Numbered from the stretch's first letter, positions 21,262 to 33,149 are shown. The stretch is 64,000 nucleotides of DNA from Anolis carolinensis (GCF_035594765.1 NC_085841.1:330655402-330719401); one strand, 5' to 3'. A program made the numbers and translations. The notes: generated by a model not told the origin, from the letters alone.

Positions 21262-24200
21262 CTAGATTCTCTTAAGGATGCTCCAATTGATCCAGACTCC
21301 TTGGGGGGTGGGGAACAGGCGGGGGGTGGCTCCATCGAGGTCGTGTGGGGGAGGAGGAGGAATTGCCATCAACGAATTTCCAGGGAGAAGCGCAACAGGG
21401 TTTTTGCGACCCTGGAGAAGGATAGGTGTGGTAGCCTCCATGGTGGCCCCTCCCGGCTGAAGGTCCTGCTGTTTAATGCCAGATCCGTCAAAGGTAAATC
21501 ATCTATTATCCAGGATCTAATCATGGATGAACATGCGGATCTGGCCTGCATCACCGAAACCTGGTTGGATGATCTGGGTGGGGTTAGTCTTACCCAGCTT
21601 TGTCCTCCAGGTTTCGGGGTGCATCAGCAGGCCAGGCCAGGAGGGCGGGGAGGTGGGGTTGTGGTGGTCTTTTGGCAGTCCATCGCCTTGGTCAGATGCG
21701 CCGTTCCGCAATCTGCTGGGTTTGAGTGTCTCCACTTGAAGGTGGGTACCCGGGACAGTTTGGGGATTCTGCTGGTGTACCGTCCACCCCGCGACACAGC
21801 AGTCTCCGTGCCTGAGCTAGCAGAGGTGGTTTCTAGCGTGGTGTTGGGTTCCCAGCGCCTGTTGGTGCTGGGTGACTTCAACATTCACGCTGAGACCACC
21901 TTGACAGGTGCAGCTCAGGAATTCATGGCCGCCATGACGACCATGGGTCTGTCCCAAATAATATCGGGTCCCACTCATCAAGCTGGACATACACTCGACC
22001 TGGTTTTTGTTGCGGGCGATGGTTTGGTCGGAGTGGAAGAGCAAATTATTCTTCCATTGTCATGGTCCGACCACTATCTGATCAGTTTAAGACTAACCAT
22101 CTCTTCCAACCTCCGCAGGGGTGGTGGACCAATTAAGATGGTCCGCCCCAGGAGACTTATGGATCCTGAGAGATTCCTGAGGTCTTTTGGGGATCTGTCT
22201 ACCATGGAAGCTGACGATCCTGTCGATGCCCTGGTCACTTGTTATAATGACGAGTTGTCCAAGGCAATAGACACGATCGCTCCTGAGCATCCCCTCTCGC
22301 TGCGTGGAGTTGCCCCAGCTCCCTGGTTTACTGGGGAGCTGGCGGAGATGAAACGTGCGAGAAGGAGACTAGAGTGCCGCTGGCAGACAACTCGTGACGT
22401 ATCTGACTGAGCACGGTCTAGAGCCGCTATTAGGGCCTATTCCGCGGCGTTGCGGGCAGCCAGGAAAGTTTTCTCGACTGCCCGCATCGCGTCTGCAATA
22501 AATAGATCTTCAGAGTTGTTTCGAGTTGTTGGGGAGCTCCTCCACCCTCCTCAGGTCGGGGGAGCACCTGACATCTCGTCAACTCGGTGTAGCGAGTTCG
22601 CTCACCATTTTGCAGACAAAGTCGCTCAGATTCGTTCCGACTTAGACGCCGGCCTTGATGCATTGCCAGGTGAGGTAACTGAGGCATCTGTCTGTTCGAT
22701 CTTGTGGGATTCGTTTCAGCTTGTGCAGCCTGATGATGTGGACAAGATTCTTGGAGCGGTGAGGGCAACCACCTGTGCCCTTGACCCTTGCCCATCTTGG
22801 CTCTTAAAACAAGCCAGTGGAGGGCTAGTTGATTGGTTTGTGAGAATAATCAATGCCTCTTTGGAGCAGGGCATATTTCCATCTGGCCTAAAACAAGCTG
22901 TGGTGAGGCCTGTTTTGAAGAAAGCCTCCTTGGATCCGGCTAACCTCAGTAACTACAGACCAATCTCTAACCTTCCATTCTTGGGCAAGGTCTTGGAGCG
23001 GGTGGTTGCTTCCCAGCTCCAGGGATTCTTGGAAGATACGGATTTTCTGGACCAATCGCAGTCTGGTTTCAGACCTGGCTACAGTACCGAGACGGCTTTG
23101 GTCGCCTTGGTGGATGACCTCCGCAGAGAGCTGGACAGGGGGAGTGTGACCCTGCTGGTTCTCTTGGACATCTCAGCGGCTTTCGATACCATCGACCATG
23201 GTATCCTTCTGGGACGTCTCTCTGGGATGGGCCTTGGGGGTGCTGTTTTGCAGTGGCTCCAGTCCTTCCTGGAGGGTCGTTCCCAGATGGTGAAGCTGGG
23301 GGACACCTGCTCGGACCCCTGGCCATTGACCTGTGGGGTCCCGCAAGGTTCCATTTTGTCCCCCATGCTTTTTAATATCTACATGAAACCGCTGGGTGAG
23401 GTCATCCGGAGTTTTGGAGTGCGGTGCCATCTCTACGCGGATGACACCCAACTCTACTACTCCTTTCCACCTAATTCCAAGGAAGCCCCTCGGATACTGG
23501 ACCAGTGTCTGGCCGCTGTATTGGCCTGGATGAGGGCGAACAAGCTGAACCTCAATCCTGACAAGACAGAGGTCCTCCAGGTCAGTCGTACGTCTGATCG
23601 GGGTATTGGGTGGCAACCTGTGCTTGACAGGGTCGCACTCCCCCTGAAGGCGCAGGTCCGCAGCTTGGGGGTCCTCCTGGACTCTGCGCTAACACTTGAG
23701 GCCCAGGTGTCGGCCGTGGCTGGGAGGGCCTTTGCACAACTAAAACTTGTGCGCCAGCTGCGACCATACCTCGAGAAGTCAGATCTGACCATGGTGGTCC
23801 ATGCCTTAATTACCTCTAGACTGGATTACTGCAATGCGCTCTACGTGGGGCTGCCTTTGAAGACGGCTCGGAAACTACAACTAGTACAACGATCGGCAGC
23901 CAGGTTTCTAACTGGGGCAGATTACAGGGCGCGCTCAACGCCGCTGTTTAAAGAGCTCCACTGGCTGCCATTTATTTTCCGAGCCCAATTCAAGGTGCAG
24001 GTTATCACCTACAAAGCCCTAAACGGTTTGGGACCCACCTACCTTCGAGACCGCATTTCCCCCTATGAACCCGCACGACCTCTTCGCTCGTCGGGGGAGG
24101 CCCTCCTCTCGCTTCCACCAACTTCGCAGTTGCGGTTGGTGGGGACGAGGGAGAGGGCCTTCTCCGCCGTGGCCCCCCGGCTGTGGAACTCGCTCCCCAG

Positions 24201-24282
24201 GGAGATTAGGCAGGCCCCTACCCTACTTTCTTTCAGGAAGAGCCTGAAAACTTGGCTATTCCAGAAGGCCTTCGTTGACTGA
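21262..24282 (+). pseudogene. L2 ORF2 endonuclease/reverse transcriptase with one internal nonsense codon (TGA 22408-22410)
   Basis: ORFs 21301-22410 and 22450-24282 share a frame with no frameshift; all catalytic motifs are recognisable. Confidence 0.9.
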
Positions 24283-24452
24283 TCCTTGTGGGATCATGTT
24301 ATTTACCTATTAAGCATTAGAATGTCCATGACAGTGAAAATGGAATCATAGTACTATAACTGTGTACCAGCGAAACAATACTACTTGTATCTTATGCGAT
24401 TGACCTTTGTCAATTCTAAATTCTAAAAGAAAGGCACATTATTAAATAAGTA

Positions 24453-24796
24453 CAGTAGGGTCTTGCTTAGCCAATCTTCGCTTATCCAATGTTATGTATT
24501 ATCCAACACAGTCTGCCTTTTAGTAGTCAGTGTTTTTGTAGTCAATGTTTTCAATACATTGCGATGTTTTGGAGCTAAAGTCATAAATACAGTAATTACT
24601 ACATAAAGTTACAGTGTATTGAATTTCATTTTCTGCCAATTTGTTGTAAAACATGATATCTTGATGCTTAATTTGTAAAATCATGATGTAATTTGACGTT
24701 TAATAGGCTTTTCCTTAATCCCTCCTTATTATCCAACATTTTCGCTTATACAATGTTCTGCCGGCCCATTTATGTTGGATAAGCAAGACTCTACTG
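24453..24796. mobile_element. Tc1/mariner-pogo type MITE, more diverged copy
   Basis: Degenerate TIRs and TA flanks. Confidence 0.8.
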
Positions 24797-24929
24797 TAAA
24801 TAAATTCACAGATTCAAGTAGAAAGAAACACTCCTTGACACAGTCACATACAGCTTTCTGGGGAATAAACAGCACTTTGAACTAGTCCTAGAAATAATTG
24901 TTTATTTATTTTATTTGCTGCCTTTCCCT

Positions 24930-25265
24930 AGTTCATACAGGGAAAGCTGTTAATTCAGATAGTCTGGTCCTAAATCATATAGGGCTTTGTAGGCCATGCC
25001 CAGCACTTTGAATTGTGCCTGGAAATAAAGCAGGAGACAGTGCAGCTGCTTTAATAAGGGAGTTATATGGCCCTGGTTGACATTCTGACCACAACTTTCT
25101 GAATCTGCTGTAGTTTCTAAACAGTTTCCAAAGGCAGCACCACATAGAGTGCTAATAGTAGTCCAAACAAGATGTAATAAAGGCATGTGTTATTGACATC
25201 TCAAGGAAGGGTGTAGCTGGCATAATAGTTTTAGCTGTGCAAATGTAGTCCTGGCCACTGCTGAA
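24930..25265 (-). mobile_element. Old L2 fragment
   Basis: HITPLLKQLH.L...FQAQFKVL...YKAL..LGP and FAQLKL..QL.P peptides on the minus strand. Confidence 0.75.
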
Positions 25266-26694
25266 GGATGTGCAGAGGAAATAGCGTTGGTGCGTATGAG
25301 CTGGGACCATTGTGTATCATATGCAGTTCCAAGCAATTTAATCTGGGAGTGATTAAAGTATATGTAACTAAGGTCAGATCCTCTAAAGCAATGGTTCTCA
25401 ACCTGTGGGTGCACAGATGTTTTGGCCTTCAACTTCCAGAAATCCTAGCATCTGATAAGCTGGCTGGGATTTCTGGGAGTTGTAGGCCAAAATATCTGGG
25501 GGCACACAGGTTTAGAATTACTGTTCTAGAAAGTCATACAGCTACTACACCATAGAAATTGTTCAAATGAACTCCTAGCTATGGCTGCCAATTAAATATT
25601 CAGGAGCTCTGCATTTAAGAGCACCTGCAAGCTAAAACATAGTCATGCAAGGGAAATACAATCACATTCAGAAAGGTTTATATGCTTACATTCATTATCC
25701 TATACTGTACTCTGTTGCAGATCCCTATGCTGCCTTGGCACAAACTGAGAGGATGAAACAAGAACATGACAGGGAAGAGACTATAACTGTAGCATATGTA
25801 GTTCCTGGGGACTTTGGGATGTATAGTCAAGATGTTAGGCACAAAAATGAAAAGCAGGACTTTAAAGATGTCATTTCATCCAAACCCACTACAGTGGGCC
25901 TTTGGTATCCATATGTGTTTTGGTTACTAGAACCCCCATGGATACCAAAATCCATAGATGCTCAAGTTCCATCATGAAAATTTGTGGGTTCCCACACCTG
26001 TCTGAGAAGAATTGGTCTATGTCAGTCCACTCCAACCTGGTGTTCATCAGAACATGTTGAATTTCGGTTCTCATCAGACCTAGCCATTTGGGCTATTGGA
26101 TAATGGGATTAATAGCCAATACATCTGGGGGGAAATTTATATGCTCAGTGTTCTTGAAATTGTATGTGAGTTAGAACTTATCAACTAATGGATCAATTCA
26201 AACACAGATTTAGCAACAGATAGCTAGATAGATGGTTTGTAAATTAGAATTGATAAGATATGGATATATAAAAATTTAGAAAGGGGCCACACAGTCAAAA
26301 AGACATAATCTTCATTAAATTAGAAATTAAAAGGAAACAAATATTCTCATACTATTTTTTTGGTAGAAATCCAAGGTCAAAATGTATAATAGCATAAGAC
26401 AATACTGTCTTCTGTCCCGAATTCTTTAAATGAAAAGGAACCAGGGCTTCAGTGTAATTTTAAATGTAAAAACAATGGGTTAGACTTTCAGAGCTGTTGG
26501 ATAAATGTAAAGTGAATATGAGGTGCAGAAAATCAGATAGAGATTGAGTAAAACCACCAGGTGACTAAAGGTATTACACGGAACACAGGAAAACCAGAGA
26601 AGAGCTTGTTTACTCCAGAAGAGACTACAGCAACACACACACACACATAATATGGAACATATATTAAGAGAGTAAGAGATTAGCAGAAGTTTAA

Positions 26695-26945
26695 CCAATA
26701 ACCAGCAGCATGGATTTATACACAATAGATCATGTTAGGCTGCCTGATTACTTTCTCTAATTGAACCCACAAAATTAGTAGCTGAAGAGAATGCCAGGTA
26801 TATAATTTATCCGGAGCCTACCAAAGCATTTGATACACTGCCTCATAAAATGTTACTCTGAAAAATGAATTGATATTGGCTTGTCACTGTCACCTGGATC
26901 AAAAGCTAACAGAAGGATCATAAACAAAAGAGAATGGCAAACAGC
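26695..26945 (+). mobile_element. Highly decayed ancient CR1/L3 RT fragment
   Basis: Colinear remnants QHGF ... KAFDT.PH ... WIKS of the CR1 RT. Confidence 0.55.
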
Positions 26946-27884
26946 AAAGGATTGAATTGTAGGCAACAGAGCAGAGGTGGGCACAAGCCTCAGCTGTATT
27001 CAGAGTCTTTGCTGATGATCTGGAGGGAACAGATCAAAGGCGTTTACAAATGAGAATCTGGGGAAGAAATGCGGGAGGGAGCTGCAATTATCAGTGAATA
27101 CAGAGGGGGAATGTGGCTAGTAATGTGATCAAGAAATGAAAAGTGTGTAATAAATGCTTCTGTTGCTCTGTGAAGACAGAGAATTGTGAAAGGGAGGAAA
27201 AGCATAATGTTTTTAGAACAACAGAACCAACCTACACATTATGATTCCTTTATTAGTTCAACGATTCAAAATTTCACCGCTTTAGAAACACGTTGCCTCC
27301 TCCATCAGGCAAAGATGTTGAAAATTTGATAGAGTGGTTCTGAAAGCATTTTGTACTTAATCAAAATACTAGTTCCACCCCAAAGCTGAAATCAGGAATT
27401 AGTAAATACATATAAGGTTTTAAACAGTCACTGGCTATTCACTGCATTCTGTGTCTTCTCCAATCCAGGGAAGTACCAAAGTGTTATACAAGCCCTACTC
27501 CATCAATTTCCAGAAGATATTGGCATTTAATATAAAGGTCTCTATATTTTAATTAAAGGGATTAATTAACATGTAAACACATTAATATTCATATTGCCTT
27601 TTTTAAAAAAGCAAAAGCCTCCTGGAACATATTAGGAGAGCAAGACTGATGGCTGAGTGAGCATTTGTCTTGCTGAAATTTGTGATGTGTCTAAAATTTG
27701 TTAAATGGATGCATATTGAAATATGCAGTGTCAACAAAATCAGAGGACTGGTTTTAGCATTTGTAGCATAAGCTCTGGATTGGACCTCTGCAGTTTCCCC
27801 CTATAAACTGGGACAGAACAAGTTGCCATCTAAAGCTTTTGTAATATAGAAAGGACATGACAGGGCACTGCATACTAAAATTTT

Positions 27885-28058
27885 GCCATCCTTGTGGGAG
27901 GCTTCTCTCATGTCCTTGCATGGGGAGCTGGAGCTGACAGAGTGAGCTCATTGTGCTCTTCTCAGATTCGAACCAGCAACCTTCAGATCAGCAACCCAAC
28001 CTTCAGGCCAGCAGTCCTACTGGCACAAGGGTTTAACCCATTGCGCCACCGGGGGCTC
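27885..28058 (-). mobile_element. tRNA-derived SINE, 5' part (same family as 53805-54066)
   Basis: Reverse complement of GGAGCCCCGGTGGCGCAATGGGTTAAACCCTTGTGCC...GAAGCCTCCCACAAGGATGG. Confidence 0.75.
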
Positions 28059-29309
28059 CTGTGCCAGTGATAAGGCTTGGTCATGTTTCAGCTCTGCCCT
28101 TTATATTAGTTGGTGAGAGTGTGAATGCCCAGTATTGCTCAAGTTTGGGCCACCAAGTAAGAAAATTGACCCATAACCACCTCATGGATCTTGCTGTCTG
28201 GGAAACATGTTGTATTCATTCAGCTGTCAGGCAGGAGATGACTTATGAGCTGTTCTCATCACATGTTTGAAAATGCACCTGATCAGAAGAATCTGACATC
28301 AGATTAATCACATGGAAAGTAGGCTATTATGACTCTACTCTGAGCTATGCCCTGGAACAGAGGTGTCAAACACATGTACAACATTATTGTTGTACATGGG
28401 ATAGAGGTAGCCATATGTACAATATTATTGCAAGAGAGCAGTATTAGTGTGGAGCTCTTGGGAAAGCTAATCCGTTTCTGTCCCATAGAAATGTCTGTGT
28501 ATATAACGAAATATGCAGCAGCAAACTTGTCATGTAGCCAGGAGGTGAATCTCATCTGCACAGCATTGTTACTGAGCATAGTTCCTTTTCTTGCCACCCC
28601 TCCCCTCCGCCCCCATGTATATATACAAAGAAAAATGTCTGTGTAGCTTGAGCCTCTTGCTTGAACAGTTTAAGCCAGGCATGGGAAAACTTTGGCTCTC
28701 CGGGTGTTTTGGACTTCAACTCTCACAATTCCTAACAGCCAGTTTGCCCTTGCCTAGCTTAAGATGTACAAACATTTTTGCTTGTATATATATAGGCATC
28801 CTCAATCTGCAGCCCTCCAGCTGTTTAGGCCTTCAATTCCCAGAATTCCTGACATGGAGCAAGCTGGCTATGGGTTCTGGGAGATGGAGGGCCAAACAGC
28901 TGGAGGGCCGCAGGTTGAGGATGCCTCTTCTATAGTATAGACACGCCCTTTAATGGCAGTTTTACACATCATGATTGCACTGATGTAAAAAGAAAGCCCA
29001 GCTGTATTTGTGTGGCAGTCTTCAACCCTTTGGCTGGATTTTCTGTTAATCCTAGCTGAATCCTGGCAAATCCAACAGTGTGCCTCTTCAAACACATAAT
29101 CCCCCAATAGGCACATGATCAGGAAAATCTCCAAATAGGTTTTTCTGTTGAATTTCTTTTTCTTTTTTTCTGTCCATAAATTGTAGTTGCAAGGGTGCTA
29201 GAACAGAATCAGCTGGGAACCTGAATGCTCCTCCAAAAGCCTCCCATTTCCTTGGGCATGTACAGAAAAGGGCAGACTGGGTGTGTTCTCTTCTTTCCCA
29301 ACAAGAGGC

Positions 29310-29328
29310 AGAGAGAGAGAGGGGGGGG

Positions 29329-29372
<44 letters not shown>

Positions 29373-29400
29373 GAGGGAGGGAGGGAGGGAGGGAGGGAGA
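29310..29400. repeat. (GA)n/(GGGA)n microsatellite
   Basis: Directly visible. Confidence 0.95.
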
Positions 29401-29666
29401 TTGACATATCTTTAAGTGCCATGGCTCAATGCTATGGAATCATGTTGTAGTTTTCAAGGTCTTTAGTCTTCCCTGCCACATAGGGCTGGTGCCTCACCAA
29501 ACTACAACTCCTATGACTTCTTAGCACTTAAATTAATTGCCACTTCATGGCAATTAAAGTGGTGTCAAACTGCATTAATTCTACAGTATACATATTGTCT
29601 TCTGATTCTCTAGTTTCCAGTCAATATTTCCTGCTGTTTTATTTTCTTAGTCAAACATAAAGATAG

Positions 29667-29898
29667 GGAGCTACCATGGTGTACTGGATTGAGCACTGGA
29701 CAATGTGTCTGGAGGACAGAGTTCAAATCTCTGCTCAGCCATGGAAACCCACTTGGTGAAGTATAGGAGTCACACTCACTCAGCCTCAGAGGACCAAGGG
29801 CAGAATTCCTCTGAAAAAATATTGCCAAAAAAACCCATGTTAGGTTCACTTTATGATCATCTTAAGTGGAAATGACTAGAAGATACACAAGAAGAAGC
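29667..29898 (+). mobile_element. tRNA-derived (MIR/CORE-like) SINE
   Basis: tRNA-like head with GAGTTCAAATC and CAGCCATGGAAACCCAC, tail GACTAGAAGATACACAAGAAG; minus-strand relative at ~40740-41110. Confidence 0.55.
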
Positions 29899-29961
29899 AT
29901 AAAGTTGTCATCTTTTTTTCTAGTAGAGAAACAGGAGCCTAGAGTCTTATGATATCTCAAA

Positions 29962-30151
29962 AAGGTAAAGGTTTCCCCTTGAAATTAATTATAGTCATGT
30001 CTGACTCTGGGGAGTGGTGCTCATTTCCATTTCTAAACCAAAGAGCCAGTGTTGTCCATAGACGCCTCTAAGGTCATGTGGCTGGCATGACTGCATAGAG
30101 CACCATTATCTTCCTGCCAGAGCAGTACCTATGGATCTACTCACATTTGCA
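29962..30151 (-). mobile_element. Sauria SINE fragment
   Basis: AAAGGTAAAGGTTTCCCC tail plus body. Confidence 0.75.
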
Positions 30152-30290
30152 TCAGCTGGTAGGAATTGTGGAAGTTGAAGTCCAAAACACCCGGAGGGCC
30201 AAAGTTTGCCCTTGCCTGGTCTAGGGCTTTAAAGGTCATAACCAGCACTTTGAATTTTGTTCAGTAATAGAGTGGCAGGCAATGGAGCTG

Positions 30291-30402
30291 GCTGATATTG
30301 GAAGCTAAGCAGGGCGATCTCTAGTTAGAACTCAGATGGGAGACAGCCAATGAATACCAGGTGCTGTATGCTATATTTCAGAGGCAGGAACTGGCAAAAC
30401 CA
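30291..30402 (+). mobile_element. 5S rRNA-derived SINE head
   Basis: GGAAGCTAAGCAGGG...GATGGGAGAC.GCC...GAATACCAGGTGCTGT followed by SINE body ATATTTCAGAGG. Confidence 0.7.
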
Positions 30403-30406
30403 TGGC

Positions 30407-31113
30407 TGGGTTGCTGTGAATGTTCCGGGCTGTATGGCCGTGTTCCAGAAGTATTCTTTCCAGAGGTTTCGCCCATATCTATGGCAGGTATCCTCAGAGG
30501 TTGTGAGGTCTGTTGGAAACTAGGCAAGTGGGGTTTCAGTATACAATAAGAGTCTCACTTATCCAACATAAACGGGCCGGCAGAACGTTGGATAAGCGAA
30601 TATGTTGGATAATAAGGAGAGATTAAGGAGAAGCCTATTGAACATCAAATTAGGTTATGATTTTACAAACTAAGTACCAAAACATCATGTTATACAGCAA
30701 ATTTGACAGAAAAAGTAGTTCAATATGCAGCAATGCTACATAGTAATTACAGTATTTACGAATTTAGCACTAAAATATCGCGATGTATTGAAAACATCGA
30801 CTACAAAAATGTGTTGGATAATCCAGAACGTTGGATAAGCGAATGTTGGATAAGTAAGACTCTACCTTATGTGGGCTGTGTAGGGTGGGAGAAAGAACTC
30901 TTGTCTGCTTGAGGCAGGTGTGAATGTTGCAATTGGCCACCTTGGTTAGCATTGAAAAGCCTTGCAGCTTCAAAGCCTGGCTGATTCCTGCCCGAGGGGA
31001 GGGGATTCTTTGCTGTGAGGTGTTAGCTGGCCCTGATTGATTCATGTCTTGAATTCCTCTGTTTTCTGAGTGGTGTTCTTTATTTATCGTCCTGATTTTA
31101 GAGTTTTTTTAAA
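30407..31113 (-). mobile_element. Penelope-like element terminal region, interrupted by a MITE at ~30544-30867
   Basis: Reverse-complement match to 35820-36122; contains a hammerhead-like core. Family call from recognition. Confidence 0.65.
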
Positions 31114-31169
31114 TCTTGCCAAGCAGCATTTTCCTCCACCACCGCAATGCTTTCAGACTCCACTCATTG

Positions 31170-31520
31170 CAGAGCATGCCCGCCCCCTCGTCTAGCTGTG
31201 ACGTCACGCACCCGGAAGGGGAGGGTGTGCTCTCCCGCCCCCTCCCGCGAGGACCGGAAGTGCCGTTTGGAACCGACTGCCTGAGCGGAACGCGAGAGGC
31301 CTAAGCGGCGGTTGAGCGTCGCGCGGAAGGCGGATGAGGCCTGAGAGGCCGCCGCGGGACACCGGGTGAGGCACCAAACCGGGAGCGAGGATCTCCTGTG
31401 GGGCGGAGTGGTTACACTTTGAGCCGCGGATCAGGGTAGAAGGAGATTTGGGCCGACTGCTGCTTAGGTCGAAAGGCCTGTGAGGGAAGGAAGGCGGGGG
31501 AGGGTGGAACCAACGGCCGG
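31170..31520 (+). promoter_or_regulatory. GPATCH2L: CpG-island promoter of GPATCH2L
   Basis: CpG-dense; palindromic CRE GTGACGTCAC (31198-31207), ETS sites CCGGAAG (31212) and ACCGGAAGTG (31253-31262), GC boxes at ~31179 and ~31233; 3.2 kb upstream of the ATG exon. Confidence 0.8.
31260..31365 (+). other. GPATCH2L: GPATCH2L putative non-coding exon 1 (start approximate)
   Basis: Donor CGG|GTGAGG at 31365/31366 inside the CpG island; exon 2 has an acceptor only 9 nt before the ATG. Confidence 0.6.
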
Positions 31521-31677
31521 AAAAGAGGGAGGGTCTTAAGAGCCACCTTGGCCTGGACTAAACCAAACATCCAAGGATTGGGCCTACTGAGGACATCCTA
31601 TTCCCCTGCGTTGTTGTTGTTGACATCCTATTCCCCTGCGTTGTTGTTGTTGTTATAGAATCGTATCCCATATTCCT

Positions 31678-32390
31678 AGAATCATAGAGTTGGAAGACTT
31701 CACAAGAACCACCCAGTCTCAACCTCCAGCCCTGCAGGAACACACAGTCAAAACACTCTTGACAGATGGCCAGCCAGCTTCTGCTTAAAAGCTTCCAGAG
31801 GAAGACATCACCTCTGGAGGCAGCATATGACACTACTGAACAGATTTCACTGTTAGGAAGTTCTTCCTAATGTTCGTTGGATCTTATTTTCCTGCAACTC
31901 AAATCTATTTCTCTAGGATGTCTCGGGGCCCTTCCACACAACCATATAACCCAGAATATCATGGCAAATAATCCACACTGTCTGCTCTGAATTGGGTTAT
32001 CTGAGGTCCCTTCCACACAGCTGAATAAAATCCCACAACATCTGCTTTGAACTGAGATATCTGAGTCCACATTGCCATAAAGCAGATAATGTGGGATTTT
32101 GTTCAGCTGTGTGGAAGGGGCCTTCCTCAAGCGTTTTTCCTAAGCATGGTTTCCAAACCTTTGATAATTTTGGTCGCCCTTCTCAGGAAACTTTCCAGTT
32201 TGTGAATATTCTTCTTCATTTGTGATGTCCAGAATGTCACTTAGGGCTCTTCCACACAGCTATATAATCCAGAATATCAAGTCAGATCTGAGTCTACACT
32301 GCCATATAATCCAGTTCAATGTGGATTTTATACTGTTGTGTGGAAGGGGCCTCAGTATTTCAGGTGAGACTTGACCAAAGCAGAGTAGAT
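31678..32390 (-). mobile_element. Fragmented CR1 3' end with nested palindromic MITEs
   Basis: AGAATCATAGAGTTGGAAG tail and CR1 body pieces separated by MITEs at 31926-32122 and 32263-32351. Confidence 0.7.
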
Positions 32391-32447
32391 TAGTACTATT
32401 GCTGTACAATCAGGAGAGAGAGAAGTCTGTTGGAAGTTACTCTAGAG

Positions 32448-33149
32448 CAGGGGTCCCCAAACTAAGGCCCGGGGGCCGGATGCGGCCCTCCAAGGTCATT
32501 TACCTGGCCCCCACCCTCAGTTTTATAATATAATATTTTTATATCAGTTTTAATAATATAATATATTGCATATACATATAATATTATGTTATACAATAGA
32601 ATACTAATAGTAATACCATATAATAATATTAATTATATGTTATATATTACATACTATATAATAGTATAGTGGTATAGTTCAATATAGTAATATATAATGC
32701 TAATATTGTGTTAAGCTAATAATATAATATTTTGTATGTTCATTCAGCTGCTCTGAGTCCCCTTCGGGGTGAGAAGGGTGGGATATAAATGTAGTAAATA
32801 AATGCAGTAAATAAATAATTAATTTTAGAATTAGGCTCGGCCAAAGTCTGAAATGACTTGAAGGCACACAACAACAACAACAACAATCCTAATTAACTTG
32901 ACTATCTCATTGGCCAGAAGCAGGCCCACACTTCACATTGAAATCCTGATAGGTTTATGCTGGTTACAATTGTTTTCATTTTTAAATATTGTATTGTTCT
33001 TTCATTGTTGTTGTTTTGCACTACAAATAAGACATGTGCAGTGTGCATAGGAATTTGTCCGGTTTTTTCTCTCCAAATGATAATTCGGCCCCTCCACAGT
33101 CTGAAGGATTGTGTACCGGCCCTCTGCTTTAAAAGTTTGAGGACCCCTG
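32448..33149. mobile_element. Non-autonomous hAT transposon (OposCharlie1-like ends)
   Basis: TIRs CAGGGGTCCCCAAACT / AGTTTGAGGACCCCTG and perfect 8-bp TSD CTCTAGAG. Confidence 0.85.

Larger units (their letters stand above)
19624..24300 (+). mobile_element. Near full-length L2-clade LINE (5' tandem repeat, ORF1, APE-RT ORF2)
   Basis: ORF2 motifs FNARS, CITETW, YRPP, LGDFN, TLDLVF, SDH (APE) and LLDISAAFDTIDH, GVPQGSILSP, YADD, SRLDYCN, LHWLP (L2 RT and C-terminus). 3' boundary uncertain. Confidence 0.93.

Noticed and set aside
21517-23792. Multiple antisense ORFs inside the L2
   Set aside because: Expected shadows of a GC-rich coding sequence.
30291-30375. 5S rRNA gene
   Set aside because: Partial, diverged and fused to a SINE body; it is a 5S-derived SINE.
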